A stretch of 64,000 nucleotides of DNA from Rhynchopus sp. YZ270_cl-10 (Eukaryota), in the NCBI GenBank assembly GCA_964035575.1, contig OZ037847.1:1612001-1676000 (forward strand). The letters run 5' to 3'. Below are positions 51,112 to 61,709 of this stretch, in pieces. Below the pieces are notes generated by a model, which was given only the letters and a program-made list of their open reading frames with translations, was not told where the DNA came from and did no database searches. A program made the position numbers and the translations under genes. Position 1 is the stretch's first letter; each line of letters starts with the position of its first letter.

Positions 51112-52890
51112 GCCTCGTGACTGCATGAGGTGAACAGATGAACACAAGCCAAGGCTTATCTCAGAGTCCTGCTTGCTCCGGCAGTTCAGGTCAGGCGCAT
51201 CAAAGGGTGCAGCAAGAAGCCGATGACACGTACACACCGCCTGGGACCACCCCAAGACCACACCACTATGTCATATTAACGCAGTCATATTTTTTGAATT
51301 AATTTCCCCTATAATCCCTTCTCTACTTCTTTGAGCGGAGGGGCTGTTCCCTACGGGCCCTCCCGATCGTGTGTAGCTGTTTTTTTTTTGTTTCGTTTTA
51401 GATGTGTGTGGCATGCAAAGGTGCTGTTCTCCAGAATAGTGTCTTTCTTTACCAATTCCTTCACTTCGTATTTAACGCTGACAGTGCAGTGGTGCATGGA
51501 CTGGGGTTGTGAGCACTCAACGCAACCAAAACATATTTTTAAGGTGACCTAAGCACACAGAGGCTTAGGTTTATCTGACAATGCTTCTTAAAGTATCCCC
51601 ACATAGACAATATTTGGATGTACCGAGCGTTAGAAATCTCTCTTCAGCTGCTCAAAGATCAAGGCCAAACAAATGAAAGTGGAGCTTGCACAACGGCAAC
51701 ACAAACCGAGGCAACTACACTAATCCAACAATTTTATCGAAAAAAAAAAAAATAAAACAAATATTTGCCGATGTCTACACTAAACAGATTATAAGAGAAT
51801 CTAGCATGTTGTGGCGGCCTAAAAGGCTGTCAAACCTTAGGGGTGATACTTGCATTTTTTTGTACATCACCGCCCTTTTGTCGATTCTGGAAGCACAAAA
51901 AGTAATACAAAAAAACATCATCTCCCACTTGATGTCTCAGGTGAAAAAGAGTTGACGACAATAATGATAATTGCAAAAGAAAAAAAGGAAAAAAAAAAAC
52001 GTTTTCTGGTTTCAATAAAGCACACATTTTTTTTTTTTGGGGTTTTTGGGGTCGAACTATCGTCTGTTTTTTTTATAAATTTTTTTAATGTGTGTGCAGG
52101 TGTTTATACTAGCGGATTAGGATTTAAGATTTCGGGGAAAACTATAAATTCCCTGAACAAAAGGAAACAACGAGAACATATTTCCAGAATTTTGATGTTT
52201 TTTTCTGAGAACAAAGATCCTGGAAAAACAGCCCAAAAATTGCAGGCAAAACAAAACAGGGCATTTTTTTTTTCGGATTTAGATCTCGGAATTTGGCCAA
52301 AAAGGGTATGATTTAAAGAAATGCTTGTGCAAACCCTGTTGTTTTTTTTAAATCTTTCTTCATTCCTGTATTCGCTTCAGGACAGAACCCAGCTCTGGAT
52401 GATTGTTGATGCGAAAAAAGTAAAAAAAAATGCGCTGTTTCAACGCAAAGAAAAAAAGGTCACCCTACAGGTCGTTGCACACACACGCCGATTTATGTAC
52501 AAATGTGCTGCCATCATGTGAATCTCAGCTTTCTTATGTATTGCCATCATTCATCTGTTTTGTTTCCCTTCCCCCCAAGAGAACCTGACAAATAATTTTT
52601 AAGACCAGGAAGACTCGTCCCAAACAAAAAAGAAAAAAGGGCTGTTTCCAGCCAAGCGCGAGGTATTATTGTACCTTTTTTTTGTATTTGTTCAGTTCTT
52701 GTAACACTCTACCCACCTCTCCAAGGAAGTCAGCAGGGGGGAGAGAGGCTATTATGAACGAGATTCTTGGCTTCCAGGGGGGTGTCTTTATTAGGTACAC
52801 TGTCAAGAGAGGGTTTTGTATTACAAAGCCAACTTTTTTTTAGTGTTCTTTCTTTTTCGTACACAAAAATTTCTCAACATTTGTTGGAAC

Positions 52891-53019
52891 CAACGGAGTC
52901 AGGGTACTACTAGTCATGCTACCAGTCCAAACGACTAGAGCTTCCTGATTTTTATGCTCTCATGAGGAGAGTCAGCAACTAGTAGTTCCGCTAGTAGTCC
53001 CCTGACTAAGTCCGTTGTG
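52891..53019. mobile_element. CAC-type MITE, ACTAGT-rich subfamily, inverted relative to 17737
   Basis: Ends CAACGGAGTCAGGGTACTACTAG / CTAGTAGTCCCCTGACTAAGTCCGTTGTG, with AC on both flanks. Confidence 0.7.
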
Positions 53020-53410
53020 ACTGCGTTTTTTTGATCTGTGTGTTTGATAACTAATAGGGGCAATTCTTGCAGAATATGGCTCCAATGTGTGTGTTCTGTG
53101 ATGCATATTCATCGTTTAAACCTTTCTAGGGGGAGACGAAGAGGGACTCTTCTGTGTTTTGTATTAGGTTCTTTTTGTATCCCCCCCCCTCCCCCAGCCT
53201 GCCTATAGGATAGAGTCCTGCGTTCCAATCACATTGCGCTCTGTTCACTGCCTGGCAGATCTGAGTCGAAACCGTGAAAGGAAAACTGTACTGTCCACAA
53301 CACCCGGCACGTTATCTCCCTATGCTATGCCACGTGAGGCAAGAGCTGTATTGTACAATAACGGTTCTGTCTCTCTGTTGCTACCCGACATTCGATTTCG
53401 TTATTTTTTT

Positions 53411-53575
53411 TACGCACACTACTTTGTGAGCGGAAAGTGTCACGTCGTTCACTCACCCAACCGTGCTCCGCAACACCACCACCCAACAGGTGATTTTTTA
53501 GTGTGTGTGGAAGCGTCAACGCATCAAACAACTACAAGAAGGGGGGTGAGGGAACGACAAGTGACACTTTTTTTT
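53411..53575 (+). repeat. 165-bp direct repeat copy 1, self-folding, ends in oligo-T
   Basis: Nearly identical to 54482-54645. Internal arms 53434-53458 and 53544-53570 are complementary. Confidence 0.9.
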
Positions 53576-54481
53576 GTGCTTTTGGCACTGTCGTGCCTGC
53601 ATCAGTCTTGATGCATCTGCTTCCGTCACGTTGCTTCCTATGTTCAGGGTACCCTTGCGAAAGGGTGTCATCACAAAGCAAAAACAAAACCAAAAAATTT
53701 GGGGGACAAAATGGATTACAAAAATTGCACTGAAAAGGAAGAGAAGGGGAGGGGAAAAAAATGGCTGTTTTTTTTTTTTTTTTTGAAGGTTGGGAAAGTG
53801 TGTGGCTATCGGCGCACAGAGATTTGTTTGGGGGTGGTGGGTGAGCTCCTGGGTGGGTGCATTGTGCTGCCCCTTAGTGAACGAAACTTAATAATATAAC
53901 CCCTAACCCATTCGGGGTGACAGTCATGTGTACAGAACTGTGTCTTTGGTTATTCGATGCTAAAGGGAAGGCCCGGCTATGGTGTCTTTTTTTTTTTTGC
54001 TTTTCTTTGCAAAATAGTATTTATTCACCTCCTAAAACCGGCGCACGCTAACCCCCCTTTTCTTGTATCGACTTTGTTCGTGGAGTACTAGGTGATCGTT
54101 TTAGGTACTGGTGGCTGTATGGCGATAACTGCCCATCATAATACACAATACAGCTGTACTGTGCTGTGGGTATCGAAGAGTCTCACTTTTTTTTTATATA
54201 AACCACGAAATGGATGTAGGACTACATGGTTGGGGTCCACCCCACGGTGCACCCGGTCATGCACCAAAGGTACACTGCCAAGAGCGGGTTGTTGTATGTC
54301 AAGGCAAGTTTTTTGGCTGGGATTGATACCCACCCTGGAGGGAGTGTTTTTTACGTTGTTCGGGAAATGCGATTTTTGTCAAGATCAGGTTTTCAGAGCT
54401 TTAAACTTTTAAGATTTTTTTCTTCATGTGGTTGCATTGTGTTGTTTTGTTGCATATTTTTTTGTATTTCTATTTTTTTTT

Positions 54482-54645
54482 TACGCACACTACTTTGTGA
54501 GCGGAAAGTGTCACGTCGTTCACTCACCCAACCGTGCTCCGCAACACCACCAACCAACAGGTGATTTTTAGTGTGTGTGGAAGCGTCAACGCATCAAACA
54601 ACTACAAGAAGGGGGGTGAGGGAACGACAAGTGACACTTTTTTTT
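54482..54645 (+). repeat. 165-bp direct repeat copy 2
   Basis: Differs from copy 1 by one substitution and one T indel. Confidence 0.9.
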
Positions 54646-56467
54646 CTCTTCTCTCTAAGGCCAGAATTCCAGAGCTAGAAAAAAAAAGGAAAATGGTCCC
54701 AAGAACCATTCTTGGTCCAATATCGTTCTACAGAACCGGTCATGTACCAAAGGTACACTGTTTTCACGAGAGGGATTTTTGTATTTCTGGTCAAACTTTT
54801 TTTTTGGGGGGAATATAGATATCACAGATGGGGTTGACTACACGGTATCAATTTTTAATTCTTTTTTTCCCTCTCTAAAACAGAGATGACAGCTGCTGTG
54901 CAGGCCTTATGTGTGGTGACCGTTATCAGGTTTTTTCAAAAATGATCTGTTGATGATGACATGGTTTCTGCAATTCATTTTCTTTTATGACCCCCTAACC
55001 GGTATGATGGGGTTCGCGTTCTGGGAATAATTAACAACAACAAAAAGTAAGTTTTTCCCTCCGTGCAAATCTACATCTTTACTTTGTAAGGCGACTTAGG
55101 CTTAGGTTGATCTTATAAACTTTTCATTATTTTACCCCTCAATCTTCAAAGAAGGAACAGAAGAGAGCTTTTTTTTCTCACATATTTTAAATGAAATTCC
55201 CCCACAGACTCATTTGGTACTCGCGCTCTCTTAATCCTCTTTGCGTTATTTTTTTTTAAAAATATTTTTTTTCAAAGAAAAAGGAAGGGGAAAAACCGCA
55301 AGGGAACAATACCTTACCTCTGGTTTTGAGACCCGACCCGTGTACTGTACACAGTGTTGGGGATCAACAAAACTGCAATTTGTCCCTTTTTTTGTTTCCC
55401 TCATTGATGTATGAGATCGTCAAGCTATTTTCGTTTTTGTTTTTCATTTTTCAAATTTTTTTTTCCTCCGGGAAAAAAAAAAATCACTGGTACAAGCCCA
55501 TCTTCTCCCCATCCCTTCTAAAGTGTTATGACATTAAAAGATCAGCGAGGATGTGGAGATCACCACAGGGTGTGCTACTGTGTTATCAATTTCTTAAAAA
55601 ATTTTTTTTTTCAATTTTTTTCAAAATTGGTAAAACTTTTCTGCGACAAGCAAACAGTTTTTGCCACCACGGGGGAAAACACACAGCTCCGACAATGAAG
55701 ATTCTATACCGGTAGCTACACTAATCCAAAAATTATCAAAAAAAAAGAAGAAAAAAAAAACACACACACATGGCTACGCCAAGGGGAAAGGTGTTTATCA
55801 TAGAGTCCCACAAAGGCGCCGTGTAGCAATACAGCGAGACACTGTGCGGTATATTCTTCTGTTTCATGTTTCCCCTTCTCTCAAAGGCGTCAGCTGTGTT
55901 GAGACATTGTTGCTGAGACATCGCGTCAACGCTCTCTTTTTTGTGCTCATATTACTTTTCTTGTATTTTTTTTTCAAGAGAAAAAGAAAACAGTTCACCG
56001 ACAGAAACACGTTTGGACATACAGTACCATATCATAGTTGTCGCAACGTATAATGCAGAACCTTCTAAATGGTTTTGCAGCGCCGCTCTTCTCGCGCTTT
56101 ATCCGCAAAACTGAAGGCTCAGAATACAAAAAAAACCGCTAAGAAATAATTTAAAAAAAAAGAACAAGGTGTGGGAAACAGAAGTCAGACCTTAAAAGAA
56201 ACCCTCTCCCTCTCTCCCCCTCCTCTCCCCTTTTACCTTCTCTCCGCTACACCCCCACACTCTGACGCTTCTACAATGAGGACTACCTTACTCGAACCGA
56301 TTTAGGCTTCCAAACTTGCATCTTTTTGCTCCTATTTTAGGTTCATATTTAGGGTTCTATTATAGCTATCCTTGGCATGTCTGGTCTTTGTGTCCACCTT
56401 TATGATAGGAGCTGCTAACTACGCTTTGCTACACGTTGCTACATTCCTCTCAGAAACGAATTCGAAT

Positions 56468-57725
56468 ATGGGTGACACACCTATGGCGGATCTGCATCAC
56501 TTTAATGTGAACGGGACGATGTTCCAGATCCCTAGGCGGTATGAGTGTGAGAGTGCGCTGGGTGGGGGTGCGTTTGGTGTGGTCTGCAGTGCGTCTGACA
56601 ACGAGCGGGGCGGTGCGATGGTTGCGATTAAAAAGCTGGGGAAGGCCTTCCACGACGAGTACGCTGCGAAGAAGCTTGTCCGCGAGCTGCGTCTTCTCAA
56701 ACACTTTGCAGGGCACGAAGCCATTGTTGGTCTCCTAGACATCCTTGAACCTACGTCCACAACATACGATGATGTGTACGTGGTGACAGACCTGATGGAC
56801 TGCGACCTGAAGTACTGTTTGAAGCACAAAGCAAAGGACCTCGAGGCAGACCACTACCAGTACTTCCTCTCGCAGCTGCTCAACGGTGTGCACGCCATGC
56901 ACAGTGCGTCGGTTCTCCACCGCGACCTCAAGCCGGAGAACATCTTTGTCAAGGCGGACTGCACACTGAAGATCGGTGATCTGGGTCTAGCCCGCGACTC
57001 AACCGACACTGACATGTCGCAGTACGTTGTGACACGGTGGTACCGAGCACCGGAGCTCATCATGAACTGGAACAAATATGGCTACAGCATTGACATATGG
57101 AGTGTCGGCTGCATCTTTGCGGAGATGATCTCTGTCAACCACAAACCCCTTTTCCCCGGTGTGAACCCTAAACAGCAGTTGGACCTCATCCTTAAGGTGC
57201 TGGGCACGCCTTCTGCAGAAGACATCGCCTTTGTGACCTCTGAGACCTCACGGAAGTACGTACAAAGGCACCACATCGAGCGTGAGGATCTGAAGAAGAT
57301 TGGCTACCTCCCGCACGACACAACCGACCATGCGCTAGACTTCTTGTACCAAGCCCTGCAGTTTAACCCCGAAAAGCGTCCCACGGCCATGCAGTTGAAG
57401 CAGCACCCTTACATATTTGATGACGAAGAGGAGGAGGAAGAGGAAGAGGGAGAGGAGGAGGACGTGCCGGTCTTCAGCGCAGACTTCACGAAGTACAACA
57501 ACACTGTGGAGGAGTCGCGGCAGATTGTGAACGTCATGATCAAACACTTCCACCCGAACTTCTCAGGACCCTCGCATCCTCACGTCACCTCTGACACCTG
57601 TGCGGTAAACGACCCGGATGTACCCATGTTCAACGTTAACGATGAGGATCAGATGGTATGTTAAATTTAGAAACAAAACAGCAAAAATGGAAAAAAAAAA
57701 AACAATCATACAGGAGCTGGACTGA
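56468..57725 (+). CDS. Mitogen-activated protein kinase (SQY activation loop), 2 exons
   Basis: GGGAFGVVCSA, VAIKK, RELRLLKHF, HRDLKPEN, DLGLAR, MSQYVVTRWYRAPE. Exons 56468-57655 and 57714-57725. Confidence 0.93.
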
Positions 57726-58626
57726 GTGGCCCGCCGTTTTGTTTTGTTTCTGCGGGGTTGTACGTTTGTAGAGTGAAAAAAAATCTAGCCCTTGACCACG
57801 TCAAACCAAACCAGGCACCAAATTTTTTTTTGCTTTTTTTTTTTGTTGTGAACGAAATGGAAAAAAAACAGCCAAAAATATGCAAAACCCTAACAAAGCC
57901 TTTACTCTGTCTGCAGGAGGCCAGGTAGCGTGCGGCTAGGTAGGAAGGCTCTCTCTCTGAGTTAGAGCGCAGATTACCCCTTCAGACCTTCAAGCCCCCC
58001 AAAACGGAGAGGTTCCCTCGCGAGAGGCAAACCCCCCTACAGAAGATGTGGCTCACTGCAGTGCAACGTAGAAAATCGTACATTTTTTTTGTGCGTTTTT
58101 TTGTCAGGTTCTTTTTTGCATCGAAAACCCAAAAAAAATTGAAAAAAAAGTGTACCACCTCCCTGAAGGGGTGATTGCACTAATATACCTTAGTGTCTTG
58201 TGTCCAGAAAAATGCAAAGAAAAAAAACGTTGCGGTTTCTCATATGAAAGTGTGGGTGCCTCATGCCTTTTTTTTTGCCCTGTTAGCAGCTCCCTAGTGC
58301 AACGCTCTGGGGTTCGATACCGCACAGAGTGTCTCCTAGTGCGTCCCAGAGTCGTTGCAACATATGACTTCACTATTTTTTGTTCGCATTTTCTTGTTCT
58401 TGTTGCGTACATCCAACAAATAACCGTAGACTAGTAGCATGCCATGCTGTGTTCGTTGTCTCCTTCTGTGTTGTCCCAACTACACCACATTGTTTGCCAC
58501 CTGCGTTGAGGCGGGTCAGCAAACCCTATCTGCAGTTCATGCCATTTGCTGAACCAAACCCTCATCCAACAGGGCACCCTTTCTCTCTGTCCCCTCTTTT
58601 ACACCTTTTTCTTTTTCTTTTTTTCA

Positions 58627-59526
58627 ATGAACTCATACGTCGAGATGTGCGGTGCAGTGAGTGTGGCTGGGCTGCTCTTTGTAAAGTGCTTTTCACTGAG
58701 ACGCCCGAAGTACAGCGAGGAACACTGGACGAACAGCAGGGACAGCCTGGTGATCGGGCACCGCGGCTGTCGTGTTGCGGACACACCAACGGGGAACACG
58801 ATGTCGTCCTTTCGTGGGATCAACAAAACTAGCGCTGGGTTGGAGCTTGATGTGCAGATGACTGCAGATGGCCACCTTGTTGTCTTCCACGACCTGGAAA
58901 CGGGAAACCACCTGCAAGGGAAGAACTGCCACATTGCGAAGATGGACCTCGCCGACATCCGCAACAGACGTTTCGTTGCAGAGGCCGACCGTGACGAAGT
59001 TGTGCCTACCTTATCTGAGGTGATGACTTTTGCGAAGGAGAACGATTTGAAGATGGTTATTGAGATTAAGGGGTGGAACCGGCATTGGGGTACGGCACGT
59101 GCAGTGACGGACATGGTGGAGCAGCGTGGCTTGCAGCACAGCACGATGATCATTTCCTTCAACCCTGTGTACCTCTACGCGGTGCGGACAGTATCTGACC
59201 TGCCAATGTCGCTTATCTCAACAGACGACTTCTTCACAGACCTCTGCGGTCTGTCTGAGGTGCCCATCCTCAACAAGGCACTCTTCCTGGCCGACAGGCT
59301 CTACGAAGCTGCCACCCTCAGGCACTACCTCCTCCCCACCTTCATCGGCAGTACCGGAATCTCAGCGTTCTACCCGGCACTCTCTACGGAGCTTGTCACT
59401 GCTGCAAAGGAAAGCGGCTTCTCCACAAACGCATGGACTGTGAACGAACAGAGCATCGCAAACGACCTCCGCCGCATGGGTGTGACGTTGGTGACAACAG
59501 ACCTCCGGTGTCTCTCGTTTGCATGA
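58627..59526 (+). CDS. Glycerophosphodiester phosphodiesterase (GDE1/GDPD family)
   Basis: IGHRG, NT..SF, ELDVQMTADGHLVVFHD, VPTLSEV, IEIK, ISFN, AWTVN, GV...TTD. N-terminal hydrophobic anchor. Confidence 0.92.
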   Translation: MNSYVEMCGAVSVAGLLFVKCFSLRRPKYSEEHWTNSRDSLVIGHRGCRVADTPTGNTMSSFRGINKTSAGLELDVQMTADGHLVVFHDLETGNHLQGKNCHIAKMDLADIRNRRFVAEADRDEVVPTLSEVMTFAKENDLKMVIEIKGWNRHWGTARAVTDMVEQRGLQHSTMIISFNPVYLYAVRTVSDLPMSLISTDDFFTDLCGLSEVPILNKALFLADRLYEAATLRHYLLPTFIGSTGISAFYPALSTELVTAAKESGFSTNAWTVNEQSIANDLRRMGVTLVTTDLRCLSFA

Positions 59527-61637
59527 TGCAAGAGAGGGGGCAGTGTCTTTAACTTCAAAAAAAAAAAGGCTTGTAATAATTCTCGTTCATGTGAACATCC
59601 CTTTTTTGTAGTGTGGCAAATGCGATGTAGTGCACCTCGAGAGGCGAGTGTGTGATTAAAATAATTTTGTCAGGGCAGTGCAAAAGGGCCGCTTTAAAAA
59701 GGCGTTGCTTTACACGTTCCAAAACACAACGCGAGGTGGATCTTTCTGTATTCGAGTCGAATTTGTATGGTGATTCGGTGGAATGTGCGATTTTATTGGT
59801 GAATTTATTGGTGTGTGTGTGTGTACACGAGAGGCACGTTTATCTTCAAGTTTATATTTTTTTTTGTTTACCCAGACTTTTTCAGTGCTTCAGGTAAGTA
59901 CGTTGGGTTAAGCCGAACGAACCGTTTTTTATATGCTGTGGTGCGCCCTTTGCTTTCCTTTCTTGTGAATGGAAAGTATGTGAATTTGCATTTCCCTCCC
60001 ACCAATCTGCGCAAACTTTTCAGCACATTTATATGGTATCCGCAGAGGCGCTTACACTTTCTCGTGACTAAGAATCTGAAGCCTAGGTTCATCTTTCAAA
60101 CCTTTCCCCCCTTCCAAAGAACAAAACCGAACGCAGTGAGCCTTTGTGTGTTTTTTTCTTTGTGTTTTGTGCTATTTTATTTTCCTCAATGAAAAGGAAT
60201 ACACCAGATCTTTTTCAACCCTCCCCCTTTTTTTTTTCCACGCCGTGTTCTGTCTTCAAACGTATTTTGTAAAGTGGAAATAAAATTTGCGCCGTTTTTC
60301 TCACATTCACACATTTTCTAGTGACTGCCCCTGCGTACGCCGATGAACGGTGAGGCGTTTGCACTTTCAACTTCTCTTTTCTCTTCTCTGAGGTACCTCC
60401 TGCTTTTCGCAGGCTTCTTTCGGGAGTAGAAATATGTGGGGGGTTTCTTTGTCATTAAAGATACGTCTGCACGTGAGACATGTTCATCTTTCAACTTTTT
60501 CTTATGTTCCCGCTGTGTGTGTTTTGGCAGAACGATCTTTTCAAGATGGCTAAATACAGAGCGGTTGACAGTGTATGGGAGATGTATTCACTCAAGACTT
60601 TTTTGCTTTTCAAATAAAAATTGTTCCCTACTTTATTTGATTCAAAATTCAAAAAACAAATTGTTCAAAATAAATAAATTGGGAGCGGAACGGCTCTGTG
60701 TCTTATAAAATATATTCTCCCCCCTTTTTTTTGGTGACCAAACACGAGGAGCTTTTGGGTTCATCTTATAAGCTTTTTTTCTTCATGACTGAGATCGTTG
60801 TGCATGATTCTCGAAACAGGAATGACTGCTGCGAAGCCATATCGAATTGTAGTTGACAATCAAAACAAAAAGGTTTTTGGCGTTTCCCACGCACTCTTCA
60901 GTTTACCTTTTTGTTGTTGTTTTCCTCCCCCCGATGATGTCCAACGCTAGTTATGCTGTCTCAAGGACAATGCATCATTTGCATCGCACATCGCCGTTGT
61001 CTATTTTTAACGTGTGTATAGGACTGATTCTTCTTGTTTACACGAGCGATTGTATGAGTATTTTAGTATGTGTTTCATTGTTTTTTGTTCAACGCAACAC
61101 CCCCCATTTTTCTTCTTTTTTATTGCACTTTTTTTTTCTGGGTTTTCCACATTTTTTTGTGAAGAGCTTTTTTTGTTTCTACCGCAGCATTTGTTTCTTT
61201 GTCGGTCTTTGAGGAGCGCAAAAAACAACGTTACAGTGCGAGTGTGCGCGAAGTGTGGTTATGAGAAACACATTTCATATTTTTCCAGTTTTCTTCCTCC
61301 TGTTGGTTGCTGGGACCTATGGAGATGGAGGGAACGCGGTGGGCACGCCATCCGCCATCCGCCATCCGCCTGGGGACTTTTTTTCATTCTCTTCTTTGAT
61401 TTTTCTTGTCTTTGCGCATGTTGTTGTGTGAGAAGTCACACATCTCAAGATGTGCACAGATGGAAAAATGAGGAAAAACTCTCCTCACCTTTGCAATATT
61501 TTAACTTGGCACTCTGACTGTTTCTTTTTTGCGATTCGGAGCTTTAAAAACCCTTTTTCTCGAAACGCCGTACATATTAGTCATACAATGCAGCGATGCC
61601 GACTTCGCCTGAAAATAGGCATGTCTGGAAAATCTAT

Positions 61638-61709
61638 CTGAGGCGTGGCTGAGGCGTACTCTCGCCTCAGCCACGCCTCAGCCGGCCTTAGCAAGGCCTT
61701 AGCAAGGCC
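61638..61709. repeat. Perfect 19-bp inverted repeat plus 11-bp tandem
   Basis: CTGAGGCGTGGCTGAGGCG-TACTCT-CGCCTCAGCCACGCCTCAG followed by (GGCCTTAGCAA)2. Confidence 0.85.

Noticed and set aside
53480..53505. CAG-GT plus GATTTTT(T)AG as SL RNA or Sm-site snRNA
   Set aside because: No euglenozoan SL exon motif (GTTTCTGTA...TTG-GTATG), and the Sm match is imperfect.
57905..58060. GC-rich structured stretch after the MAPK
   Set aside because: Single copy with only short hairpins and no recognisable family. Probably 3' UTR.
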